Assembly (NCBI GenBank): GCA_050015075.1
Contig: JBEKCB010000013.1
Location: 50,688 to 114,687 of the forward strand
Direction of reading: 5' to 3'
Source of the DNA: Candidatus Brocadiia bacterium
GTDB lineage: Bacteria; Planctomycetota; Brocadiia; CAIUPP01
DNA length: 64,000 bases
Part shown: in pieces, positions 55,590-64,000 of the stretch
Position numbering within the stretch: the first letter of the stretch is position 1
Layout of the letters: each line of letters opens with the position of its first letter
Notes under the pieces: model-generated
Databases searched by the model: none
What the model was told of the DNA's origin: nothing
What the model saw: the letters and a program-made list of their open reading frames with translations, nothing else
Program-made: the position numbers and the translations under genes

Positions 55590-56546
55590 TTAGAATAGCC
55601 CTTCATACAATGCGGTCGAGAGATACCGCTCGCCCGAATCGGGCAGGATAACCACGATGGTCTTGCCCGTGAACTCCGGCTCGCGGGCCAGGCGCGCGGC
55701 GACCGCCATCGCCCCGCCCGACGAAATGCCGGACAGGATGCCCTCCTCTCGCGCCAGTCGGCGCCCGAACTCGATGGCCTCTTCGTCGCTCACCTGCTCC
55801 ACGCGGTCCACCAGAGTCAGGTCCAGCACGTCCGGCACGAAGCCCGCGCCGATGCCCTGGATCTTGTGCGGGGCCGGCTTGTTCGGCTGGCCCGCGAGCT
55901 TCTGCGAGATCACCGGGCTCTTCGCCGGCTCGACCGCCACGGAGACGATTTTCTTTCCCTTCGTCTTCTTGATGAACCGCGAGATGCCGGTGATCGTGCC
56001 GCCGGTGCCGACGCCGGAGACCAGGACGTCCACTGCGCCGTTCGTATCGTCCCAGATCTCGGGTCCGGTGGTCGCCTCGTGGATCGCCGGGTTCGCCGGG
56101 TTCTTGAACTGCTGCGGCAGGAAGTACCGCGCCGTGTCGGAGGCCGCGATCTCCTCCGCCTTCGCGATCGCGCCGGGCATCCCTTTCGGGCCCTCGGTCA
56201 GAATCAGTTGCGCCCCGAGCACCTTGAGCAGCTTGCGGCGCTCGATGCTCATCGTCTCGGGCATGGTCAGCGTCAGCGCATAGCCGCGGGCCGCCGCCAC
56301 GAACGCCAGTGCGATGCCCGTGTTGCCGCTGGTCGGCTCGATGATTTCCCGGCCCGGCTTGAGCGCGCCGCGCTTCTCCGCGTCCCAGATCATGGACGAC
56401 CCGATGCGGCACTTCACCGAATAGGAAGGATTCCGCCCTTCGATCTTGGCCAGGACGGTCGCCGCAGCGCCCCGGGTGATTCGGTTGATCTTGACCAGCG
56501 GCGTCTTGCCGATGGAAAGCGAATTGTCTGCATACCACTTCGACAT
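55590..56546 (-). CDS. cysK: Cysteine synthase A
   Basis: [42 protein letters not shown]. Confidence 0.95.
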   Translation of the reverse strand: MSKWYADNSLSIGKTPLVKINRITRGAAATVLAKIEGRNPSYSVKCRIGSSMIWDAEKRGALKPGREIIEPTSGNTGIALAFVAAARGYALTLTMPETMSIERRKLLKVLGAQLILTEGPKGMPGAIAKAEEIAASDTARYFLPQQFKNPANPAIHEATTGPEIWDDTNGAVDVLVSGVGTGGTITGISRFIKKTKGKKIVSVAVEPAKSPVISQKLAGQPNKPAPHKIQGIGAGFVPDVLDLTLVDRVEQVSDEEAIEFGRRLAREEGILSGISSGGAMAVAARLAREPEFTGKTIVVILPDSGERYLSTALYEGLF

Positions 56547-56630
56547 GTTCCGTCCTCCCTGTTTTGTCGCCCGGCACCCTTGGCGGCCCCGCGCATGTGC
56601 AGTGCGTGAAGCCGGCAGATCCGGGCGTAT

Positions 56631-56689
56631 TCCTATAGCCGATAGGTTCACTTGTATTAGATTATACTATCTCGATTGTCTTTGTCAAG
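56631..56689 (-). promoter_or_regulatory. Promoter/operator copy 1 (cysK-metY-metXW-rrf2)
   Basis: Minus strand TTGACA-N16-TATAAT plus CCTAT-N5-ATAGG palindrome. Confidence 0.75.
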
Positions 56690-57441
56690 ATGCTCCTTGC
56701 TCGCTGCCCGGTTGATGCCTGCGCCCGCGCGGTTTGGCCGACCTTAAGCGGCCGGGTGTGGATGCCGCATTCGCCGCCGCACTTGCTCGTGCCGATCCAA
56801 CGTCCGGCGCGTTCGTTGGGACCGTTGGCGATCTTGCTGCATGGGGCGCAGCCCAGCGAACGGTATCCCTGGGCATAGAGCGGGTTGACCGGCACGCGAT
56901 AAAGCGCCAGGTATTGCCAGACTTCGCGCTCGTGCCAGATCAGGATCGGATTGAGCTTGACGAGCCCGGCGTCGCGCTCCTCGATTTCCTGAAAGTCCAC
57001 CCGCGTGCGGCCCTCGGTGCAGCGCAGGCCGGTCACCCAGCAGGCCACGTCCATTTCCTCGATGGCGCGCCGCGTGGGCTGAACCTTGAGAATGTCGCAG
57101 CACTCGTCCGGCTTGGTCTCGTACAGGCGATCGGGGATCGGATCGGGGTTGTCGTACACCTTCAACTCAGGGTACGCAGCCACCATCTGGCTCATGAACT
57201 GAACCGTCTCGGCCGGCTTGTAGCGGGTCGTCACGATGAACCCGCGAATCCTGGGGCTGACCTTCTTGGCAAGGTCCCAGACCGCGCAGGAATCCTTGCC
57301 GAGGCTGTTGGCGACGACCAGCCTTTCGCCGAATTCGTCGTACGCCTCCCCGATAAGGCGCAGCGATCGCTCGACCTTTTCCGCAAAGTTGAGTCCGTCC
57401 ACAAGGCTCTTCACGTCAACCGAGTCCCGTGCGAATGACAT
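56662..57441 (-). CDS. cysH: APS/PAPS reductase family protein
   Basis: [39 protein letters not shown]. Confidence 0.9.
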   Translation of the reverse strand: MSFARDSVDVKSLVDGLNFAEKVERSLRLIGEAYDEFGERLVVANSLGKDSCAVWDLAKKVSPRIRGFIVTTRYKPAETVQFMSQMVAAYPELKVYDNPDPIPDRLYETKPDECCDILKVQPTRRAIEEMDVACWVTGLRCTEGRTRVDFQEIEERDAGLVKLNPILIWHEREVWQYLALYRVPVNPLYAQGYRSLGCAPCSKIANGPNERAGRWIGTSKCGGECGIHTRPLKVGQTARAQASTGQRARSILTKTIEIV

Positions 57442-57460
57442 GTGCTCTGCCTCCTTTCAT

Positions 57461-57682
57461 CTAGATTTCGTAATCCGTGGGTTCGCGCCGTCCAAATGAA
57501 ACCCGGTCCCATGCGCGCTCGTGCGCATAGTAAATCCCGAGTTTCACAATCGTATCGGCCAGGCCGATGGCCAACGCTCCCGCAAGCGCGCCCGTAATGA
57601 ACCACGCGATGCAGAAGGTGATGATCGTCGCGAGGAAACGCCAGCTCAGCGCCTTCGCAATGCTCCGCGCATGAGAGTCCAC
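57461..57682 (-). CDS. DUF2061 small membrane protein
   Basis: RSIAKALSWR...YYAHERAW. Confidence 0.85.
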   Translation of the reverse strand: MDSHARSIAKALSWRFLATIITFCIAWFITGALAGALAIGLADTIVKLGIYYAHERAWDRVSFGRREPTDYEI

Positions 57683-57714
57683 GAGGAATAGCTCCGGTCG
57701 TTACCTGTACACGT

Positions 57715-57773
57715 TCCTATAGCCGACAAGATAACTCGTGTTACGTTACACTATCTCGATTGTCTTTGTCAAG
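57715..57773 (-). promoter_or_regulatory. Promoter/operator copy 2 (DUF2061-cysH)
   Basis: Colinear 59-bp paralog of 56631-56689. Confidence 0.75.
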
Positions 57774-58052
57774 TATCTCGCCTAAAAATATTATCCTGGC
57801 TGTAAGTAATTGATAACAGTTGGATTATGATCGGACGTACAGGCTCACATGGAGTAATCTTATGACACTGCGCCGCATCGCTCGACGCCGGCCCGAGCCT
57901 GACTTGGACCGCACCGAGAGCGACCTCATCAAAGAAGCGCCACGTAGAGCGCATTTCTCGGCTGAAGCGGTTGAACTTATCTTGAAACAGGATTATGTTG
58001 GAGGGCGTGGCGCCTTGCTGCATTGGGGCGAAAACCGGAAAGGGGGCATACG

Positions 58053-58496
58053 ATGAACGCGTTCGTCAAGCTCTTGTCGTCGGCGCTCGTGGTCGGCTGC
58101 CTGGGCGCCTGCGCGACGACGCGGAGTGAGCCGCCGCGCGTGGACCACATCCGGCTCGAAGTGTCGAACATGCCGGCCGCGGTCGTCTTCTACCGCGACA
58201 TGATCGGACTGCGGGCGCGGTCGGTGACGAAGGACTTCAGCGTGCTCGAGGCGGCCAACATCGGCGTCTTCCTCTCCGCGAAACCGTGGGGCTGGCTGAC
58301 GCCGCGCGCCAAGGACGAGCGCGCCGGCTGGGGAATGTATCCGCACTTCGAAGTGGCCAACGTCAAAGCGCTCGCCGCCCGGCTGAAGGCGGCCGGCTAC
58401 ACGATCATGCAGGAGCCGCAGAAGCACAGTTTCGGGACCGAGGCCTTCGTCGCCGATCCCGATGGATACGTCTGGGCGCTGGTCGGTCCGCGATGA
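58053..58496 (+). CDS. VOC/glyoxalase family protein with lipoprotein-like signal
   Basis: LGAC; VDHIRLEV...FYRDMIGL; FVADPDG. Confidence 0.8.
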   Translation: MNAFVKLLSSALVVGCLGACATTRSEPPRVDHIRLEVSNMPAAVVFYRDMIGLRARSVTKDFSVLEAANIGVFLSAKPWGWLTPRAKDERAGWGMYPHFEVANVKALAARLKAAGYTIMQEPQKHSFGTEAFVADPDGYVWALVGPR

Positions 58497-58504
58497 CCCG
58501 GCGA

Positions 58505-58656
58505 TTCACCACCAAGGCGCCAAGAACGCCAACTGATGTTGCAACCACGGAACACACGGAAGACACTGAAGCTGTTTAGGAAAGTCATTCGGTGTGCTCC
58601 GTGTATTCCGTGGTGGAAGCCGTTGTCTCTTTGCGCCTTGGTTCCTTGGCAGTGAA
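58505..58656. repeat. Nested ACCAC element monomer (reverse orientation to the trp array)
   Basis: Reverse complement is nearly identical to an array unit plus both outer arms. Confidence 0.92.
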
Positions 58657-58675
58657 AATCAATGGAGGACGATGA

Positions 58676-59521
58676 ATGTCGCTGATCCAAATCGTGATTC
58701 TCGCGGTGATCCAGGGACTGGCCGAGCTGCTGCCGGTCTCAAGCTCCGCGCACGTCATCGTCGCGGCGAAACTGATGAAGCTGCAGCCGGACGCTCCCGA
58801 GTTCACGCTGCTGCTGGTCATGCTGCATACCGGCACGATGTTCGCGGTCATCGTCTACTTCTGGCACGCGTGGCAGCGCGCGTTCTTCTCATCGCGCGAG
58901 GCGTTCATGCGGTTCGCGCGCTGCGTTATCGTCGCCACGGCCGTGACGGGCATCCTGGGTCTCGGGCTGAAGGTCGGCATCGAGCATCTCATCAAGGCCG
59001 ACGTGGAAGAGCTTTTCAACAAACTCTGGCTCATCGCCGGCGGACTCGCCGCCGTCGGCGTACTGATCCTCATCTCCGGCCTTCGCGCCGGGAAACAGCC
59101 CGCGCGCGAGGAACTTACGAACCGCGACAGCCTGGCCATCGGCGCGATCCAGGGGCTTTGCCTGCCGTTCCGGGGCTTTTCGCGTTCCGGCGCGACAATT
59201 TCCCTCGGATTGCTGCTCGGCGTGGTGAAGATGCGAGTCGAGGAATTCAGCTTTGCGCTGGCCGTGGTGCTCACGCCGGCGGTCGTCGGCCTGGAAGCCC
59301 GGCGCCTGATCCGCCATCGCGGCGAAGCCGCCGGCCCGCCCATCGGCCTGCACGATTTCCTGCCGAGCCTGGTCGGAATGGCTTTCAGCTTCGTCGCCGG
59401 CCTCGTGGCGCTGCGGCTGCTCTCGCGGCTGCTCGAACGCGGCCGGTGGTGGGTTTTCGGAGTCTACTGCCTGGCCGCCGCGGCCGGCGTCTTTGTGATG
59501 TTCCTGGCGAGCCGCTCGTAG
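58676..59521 (+). CDS. uppP: Undecaprenyl-diphosphate phosphatase
   Basis: IQGLAELLPVSSSAH, GFSRSGATI. Confidence 0.92.
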   Translation: MSLIQIVILAVIQGLAELLPVSSSAHVIVAAKLMKLQPDAPEFTLLLVMLHTGTMFAVIVYFWHAWQRAFFSSREAFMRFARCVIVATAVTGILGLGLKVGIEHLIKADVEELFNKLWLIAGGLAAVGVLILISGLRAGKQPAREELTNRDSLAIGAIQGLCLPFRGFSRSGATISLGLLLGVVKMRVEEFSFALAVVLTPAVVGLEARRLIRHRGEAAGPPIGLHDFLPSLVGMAFSFVAGLVALRLLSRLLERGRWWVFGVYCLAAAAGVFVMFLASRS

Positions 59522-59564
59522 TGTGCCCGTAAGGGCATACTCTAGCGCCTGACGGCGCCACTAC
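59518..59564. repeat. GTAG-type REP doublet
   Basis: GTAG...CGCCTGACGGCGCCACTAC; second copy at 62214-62259. Confidence 0.7.
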
Positions 59565-59569
59565 AAGCC

Positions 59570-60136
59570 TCACTCCTTCGGCATCCAGTGCGCATCCTTG
59601 CCCCACCACTTGACGGAGCAGCCGACCGGTTCCGTGGTCGTCACGGAGACGCGCTTGCCGCCAAGCACCTCGTCAATCGCCTCGCGCAGGTCGTGGCGCG
59701 TTATAGCGTCCGGATCGTCCATATTGTCGTCAATGCGCCCGCGATAGACTACCTTGCGCGCCGGGTCGAGCAGGAACACGTGCGGCGTCCGCAGCGCGCC
59801 GTAGGCCTTGGCGATCTCCTGCGTCTCGTCGCGAAGGTACGGGAAATTGAATTTCTTCTCCGCCGCGCGCTTGACCATGTGATCGAAGCTGTCCGTCGGA
59901 TGCCCCTTGTCCTCATTCGCATTGATCGCCACGAGCTGCACGCCCTTGGCCGCGTAATCCTTCTGGAGCCGGATCAGCCGGTCTTCGGCCGCAATCGCCG
60001 CCGGGCAATGATTGCACGTGAAGATCACGACCACCGCCTTCTTGTCCGCGTAGTCCTTCAGGCCGTGCAGTTTTCCATCCACGCCCTTCAGATTGAAACT
60101 CGGCCCCGCCTTGCCCACGTCAATCGTGAAGCCCAT
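59570..60136 (-). CDS. Thioredoxin-fold redoxin (AhpC/TSA-like)
   Basis: FTCNHCP, FPYLRDETQ, YRGRIDD, GCSVKW. Confidence 0.9.
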   Translation of the reverse strand: MGFTIDVGKAGPSFNLKGVDGKLHGLKDYADKKAVVVIFTCNHCPAAIAAEDRLIRLQKDYAAKGVQLVAINANEDKGHPTDSFDHMVKRAAEKKFNFPYLRDETQEIAKAYGALRTPHVFLLDPARKVVYRGRIDDNMDDPDAITRHDLREAIDEVLGGKRVSVTTTEPVGCSVKWWGKDAHWMPKE

Positions 60137-60149
60137 GCGATCACTCCTT

Positions 60150-60299
60150 GCCAAAAAATGCGAACTGCGAAAAAATGTTAACCACAGATGGACACAGATG
60201 AACACAGATACGGATTACTAAATTTTGACTTTTTTATCTGTGTCCATCTGTGGTTCCAATTCCGTAGCCGTTTTTCGCGCTTTCGCGTTTTCGCGGTCA
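60150..60299. repeat. Nested element: inner ACCACAGAT nonamer palindrome, outer CGCGAAA arms
   Basis: TTAACCACAGATGGACACAGATGAACACAGAT / ATCTGTGTCCATCTGTGGTT; TTTCGCG run ending at the FTR stop. Confidence 0.8.
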
Positions 60300-60590
60300 G
60301 GAAATTTTCTTCGTGAACAAGCCGCACTCGCACTGGCCCGACTGCTCGATCTCCGCGCAATGCGTGCGGCACGGGCAGATATTCGCGCGGTCCTTCTCCG
60401 GATCGCCGGCGACTTCGCGGCAGGGGCAATAGGCCTTGCCGTACTTGAGCAGGTTGCGCGCCAGGCCCTGGAGGACGTAGTCGCGCTGCGCGCGGTCCGG
60501 CTGGAGCGTCAGCCCGGCCCGCTGGGAATAACGCTCGGCGTTGCGAGTCACCCGCTCGAGCGCCGCGCGAAATTTCTCGTCGTCGCCCAT
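60297..60590 (-). CDS. Ferredoxin:thioredoxin reductase catalytic subunit-like
   Basis: CPC, CPC and CEC motifs. Confidence 0.88.
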   Translation of the reverse strand: MGDDEKFRAALERVTRNAERYSQRAGLTLQPDRAQRDYVLQGLARNLLKYGKAYCPCREVAGDPEKDRANICPCRTHCAEIEQSGQCECGLFTKKIS

Positions 60591-60656
60591 CCAGCGCCTC
60601 CTCCGGCCGGCATTGTACCTTAATAGCGCGCAGGCGGAAAGATCGGCAACCGCGCC

Positions 60657-62195
60657 TCAGACCGCCGTGCCCGCCGCCGGCTGCATGCCGCTGAGAGAGA
60701 GCATCCAGCGCCGCCACGCGCCCGCATCGGCGCCGAGGATCTCGCCCGCCATATTCTCCAGCGCGCGTTGAGCTTCAGGCCGAAGGTCGTCCGCGGGGTT
60801 ATCAAGAACGGCGACCAGCGCCTCCGCGCCGCAGAGATATCCACCGCCGCCGAGCCAGCGAATCGCCAGCAGTCGCTCGTCCCGAGGCGCAGCCGCGTTG
60901 GCCGCCACGCTGACCAAGCGTTCGCGGACGCGCTGCTCCAGCGCCGGCGGCACGGCTGGAAAAGGCAGCAGCGGTTGGCTTTGCAGTTCCGCTTTCCAGC
61001 GTTCGAGCGCTTCTTCCGGCGATTGTCCGAAGGACGAACGGAAAACCGGACGCCAGCGGCGCGTGCGCACCAGGCCGGCAAAGAACCGCTTGAAGCCTTC
61101 TTCATCCTTCCGCCGGAGCCAGGCCAGCAGCGCGGCGCTCTGGGTGTAAAGCCTTCCGCAATATGACGCGTCTTCGAGGTTGCGCCAGTCCTTCATCCGC
61201 TTGCGGAGCCGGCGATAGCCGGCCGAGAACAATTCCTTGCCGGTCAGTAGTTGCCCCCGTGCCAGTCCGGCCTTGAGCCGGTGCTGCGCCGGCGCATCGG
61301 ACGCGGTTGCGTCCCCGACGCGCTTGGAAACCAGTTCCGCCAATCCTTCCTGCAGCCATAACGGCCTTGCGCGAAGGTTGCACCGCGTGAAATGGTGCGT
61401 CAATTCATGCGTCAGAATGTTCTCGAACGTGAGAGGAGGCAAGTCGGGCAGGTCACGAAATAAGATGATCTTTTTCCCCAAGCGTCCCTGGTAGAATCCG
61501 CCTAGCCGGCCGAAATGCGGGAATATCTTCGCCGTATATCGAGAAAAAGCCGCTTCTTCACCGAAACAGAGAATCCGGGCCGGGGGGAAAAGCTTAGCAG
61601 GAATTCCTGTGAGGCGGGAGAATTCCTCAGCGGTCGGAGCATTGGTCGTTCTGACGGAGGATATCCAATCGCCGGGGCAATCTGTCCATATCGCAAAACC
61701 GTCCGTGCGGTGGACCTCGCCGCTGTGCCCCGAGGCGCGGCGGGCCGCGCGAAAGTCAAGCCGCTCGGATTGGCGGGCCAGAAGGCGCAGCCAACGCGGT
61801 GCTGCTTTGTAAGTGAAGACCACGACGAAGAGCAGGAAGACGAAACCAACAAAGAGGAAGTTGAACTCATCCGACACGACGGTCGAAAGATGCCTTAGCA
61901 GTTCTTCGGGCAAGCATTTAAGCAGGCAAACGATCAGTAGCGCGAGAGCAACAAGCAGCAGCAGTACATGTACAATTCCTTCGTCACTTTCGTCGCCGGT
62001 GGCCGCTTCACACTTGGGGCAAAGGCCTCGGGCGCACCAGAAGAGAACGGCGTTAAAAATCGTGCAGCATCTCCGACAGGTTCGCCTGCTCTTAAAGAGC
62101 GCGACGAGGGCCAGTATCCCGACGAGCAAAGCGGCAAATTGGCAGCCCTGCAGCACCATGAGCACCTCATCCTCAACGCGCAGCAGCTCGGACAA
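60657..62195 (-). CDS. Membrane-anchored protein with HExxH peptidase-like domain and C-terminal HEAT-like repeat
   Basis: Three hydrophobic segments, CxxC pairs, HELTH...WLQEGLAE; start uncertain. Confidence 0.6.
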   Translation of the reverse strand: MSELLRVEDEVLMVLQGCQFAALLVGILALVALFKSRRTCRRCCTIFNAVLFWCARGLCPKCEAATGDESDEGIVHVLLLLVALALLIVCLLKCLPEELLRHLSTVVSDEFNFLFVGFVFLLFVVVFTYKAAPRWLRLLARQSERLDFRAARRASGHSGEVHRTDGFAIWTDCPGDWISSVRTTNAPTAEEFSRLTGIPAKLFPPARILCFGEEAAFSRYTAKIFPHFGRLGGFYQGRLGKKIILFRDLPDLPPLTFENILTHELTHHFTRCNLRARPLWLQEGLAELVSKRVGDATASDAPAQHRLKAGLARGQLLTGKELFSAGYRRLRKRMKDWRNLEDASYCGRLYTQSAALLAWLRRKDEEGFKRFFAGLVRTRRWRPVFRSSFGQSPEEALERWKAELQSQPLLPFPAVPPALEQRVRERLVSVAANAAAPRDERLLAIRWLGGGGYLCGAEALVAVLDNPADDLRPEAQRALENMAGEILGADAGAWRRWMLSLSGMQPAAGTAV

Positions 62196-62213
62196 TCCTT
62201 CCGGCGACCGCTC

Positions 62214-62259
62214 GTAATGAGACCAAGGGCATACGCATAACGCCTGACGGCGCCACTAC
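62214..62259. repeat. GTAG-type REP doublet, second copy
   Basis: AAGGGCATAC and CGCCTGACGGCGCCACTAC shared with 59518-59564. Confidence 0.7.
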
Positions 62260-62268
62260 GAGCGACTG

Positions 62269-62862
62269 CTACGGCTTCGCCGGCTCGGCGGCGGGCGCGT
62301 TGGCGGGCGCGGCCTGGATGGACTGCTGCAGGGCCTGGCGCTCCTTGAATATCTCGCGGTTCACCGCGCCCACCTGGTTCTGAAGCTCCAGCCGCTTGTT
62401 GAGCAGGTCAATGATCCGCTGGTAGCGCGCGTCCAGGTCGGCGTTGTCCCTGCCGCGCTCGACCTGCAGGGCCTCCGCCTGGTCAATCTCCGCGTAGGTC
62501 GGCAGCGTCGCGGCGTATTGCGCCAGCGGCAGGCGTTTCTCGCGCAACTGGTCGGTCAACCGCGCGGCCTCGTCGTCCTGGCCCGCCTTGTAGGCCTCTG
62601 TAAGCTGCCCCAGGCCGGCGCGGAACTCCTTGGCCTTCGCGATCGCGTCGCCAAACACCTTCTTCGCCTCATCGGTGTGGAGCGGGCCGGACAGTTCCTG
62701 CCACCGGGCGATCAACTGATCGTTCCACACGATCAGCAGCGGCAGCCGGGTCGCATCGAAATCGTTCGCGCGGCGCGACGGCGGGATCCGAGCGTCGCCC
62801 GCCGCGAAGGCCAGACCAGCCGCCATCATCACCGCGACCAACGCCAGCCGGAGCTTCTTCAT
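62269..62862 (-). CDS. Hypothetical secreted helical protein
   Basis: MKKLRLALVAVMMAAGLAFA signal peptide; AGGAGG SD. Confidence 0.7.
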   Translation of the reverse strand: MKKLRLALVAVMMAAGLAFAAGDARIPPSRRANDFDATRLPLLIVWNDQLIARWQELSGPLHTDEAKKVFGDAIAKAKEFRAGLGQLTEAYKAGQDDEAARLTDQLREKRLPLAQYAATLPTYAEIDQAEALQVERGRDNADLDARYQRIIDLLNKRLELQNQVGAVNREIFKERQALQQSIQAAPANAPAAEPAKP

Positions 62863-63029
62863 CGCCGTCCTCCTTGATTGGGTTACCATGTCGTCCGCAG
62901 CGGCTTGAACCGCAGCAGCCATTTTACCGCGTCGGCCCAATTGTGCAAGCCCCGGAGCGTTTGACAGCCGCGCCGCTCTGGAATAAGCTGACGGCGTACC
63001 ATAACTCCCATTTTCTCCCAGGAAATCCC

Positions 63030-64000
63030 ATGGCGAAGAAGTCGTTCGACCCAAAGGCTCACGGCAAATTAAATGAATGGCGGGTGGAAGTGGCTGTCCG
63101 GGGCGAATTCACCGACCCGGTCGGCCGACGCGTGCTCGGCGACATCGCCGATCTGGGCATCGCGAGCGTCCGCGAGGTGCGCGCGGCGAGTGTGTACCTG
63201 ATCACCGGCGCGATCTCCGCCGCGCAACTGCAGCGGATCGCGTCCCGGCTGCTGTGCGACCCGGTCAGCGAGGAATTCTCGTTCCGCGGGCCGGTGGCCT
63301 CGCCGCGCAAAGGCCGGTTCGCCGTCGTCCAGGTCTTCCGCAAGCCCGGCGTCATGGACCCGGTCGAGGCGAGCACGAAGAAGGGCATCGCCGACATGGG
63401 GTTCAGCGCCGCCTCCGTGCGCACCGGGCGGAAATTCCTGCTCTACGGGAAGCCGTCACAGGACGAACTGCGCCTGGTCGCCGACAAGGTGCTGCACAAC
63501 GCCGCGATCGAGGAAGTGTTCTTCGGCGACGCGGCCATCCCGCACGCGCCGGTCGCGCCGGTCTACCGCTTCGAGCGCCAGGAGATCGCGCTCCTCGGCG
63601 TCAGCGACGCGCGCCTGCTCCAGATCAGCAAGGAGCGTGTCCTGAGCCTGAACATCGCCGAGATGCGCGCGATCCAGGGCTACTTCGCCGAAATCGGCCG
63701 CAACCCGACCGACGTCGAGCTCGAATCGCTCGCGCAGACCTGGTCCGAGCACTGCGTCCACAAGACCTTCCGCGGCGTCATTGATTTCGATGGCCGGAAA
63801 ATAGACAACCTGCTCAAGACGACGATCATGCGCGCCACCGCCGAGTTGAAGAAGCCGTGGTGCGTCTCGGTCTTCAAGGACAACGCCGGCGTCATCCGCT
63901 GGGCCGGGTTCCCCCACGCCGACGCGGAGAACCTGGCCAGTCACCTCGCCGTCCATGTGGCCGGTTCGTTCAACACGACCCGCGCCGCCTGGCCGCACAT
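63030..64000 (+). CDS. purL: Phosphoribosylformylglycinamidine synthase PurL (with PurS-like N-terminus), partial
   Basis: Open frame to the window end (absent from the ORF track): KPGVMDPV, RNPTDVELE, AQTWSEHCVHKTF, FKDNAG. Confidence 0.88.
   Translation, partial: MAKKSFDPKAHGKLNEWRVEVAVRGEFTDPVGRRVLGDIADLGIASVREVRAASVYLITGAISAAQLQRIASRLLCDPVSEEFSFRGPVASPRKGRFAVVQVFRKPGVMDPVEASTKKGIADMGFSAASVRTGRKFLLYGKPSQDELRLVADKVLHNAAIEEVFFGDAAIPHAPVAPVYRFERQEIALLGVSDARLLQISKERVLSLNIAEMRAIQGYFAEIGRNPTDVELESLAQTWSEHCVHKTFRGVIDFDGRKIDNLLKTTIMRATAELKKPWCVSVFKDNAGVIRWAGFPHADAENLASHLAVHVAGSFNTTRAAWPH

Noticed and set aside
56547-56630. SAM riboswitch or T-box upstream of cys/met genes
   Set aside because: No recognisable conserved core; the leader is short, and operator control explains the region better

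Overview
High-GC bacterial chromosome segment, most likely Planctomycetota/PVC (DUF1559-type prepilin protein with an H-X9-DG motif). In order: the tail of an exopolysaccharide cluster; a sigma54 signalling block (histidine kinase, two enhancer-binding proteins, PilZ protein; a third EBP at 25.6-27.0 kb); a GH106-like hydrolase; trpBA; sugar-catabolism genes; an orphan SbtA-like small peptide; Sel1, FAH and LsrF genes; an ABC exporter; a PurF-like gene; a C-protein-controlled type II restriction-modification cassette; a large CoA-activase gene; a Cys/Met operon with an Rrf2 regulator; uppP; redox genes; and the start of purL. The most striking non-genic signal is a set of about 17 palindromic elements, most with arms built from 6-9-nt tandem repeats. 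Many end in a shared (T/C/A)ACCAC...GTGGT terminus and sit at gene 3' ends, and several are nested. One is amplified into a 6 x 110-bp array between trpB and trpA, and one is inserted in-frame into a CDS with a 5-bp direct repeat. Other leads are a possible UGA (Sec) leader ORF ahead of the SbtA-like peptide, a tRNA-Pro 3' remnant, a duplicated promoter/operator in the sulfur operon, and an apparent purL/SDR chimeric junction at the window end. All calls were made by eye; no searches were run.
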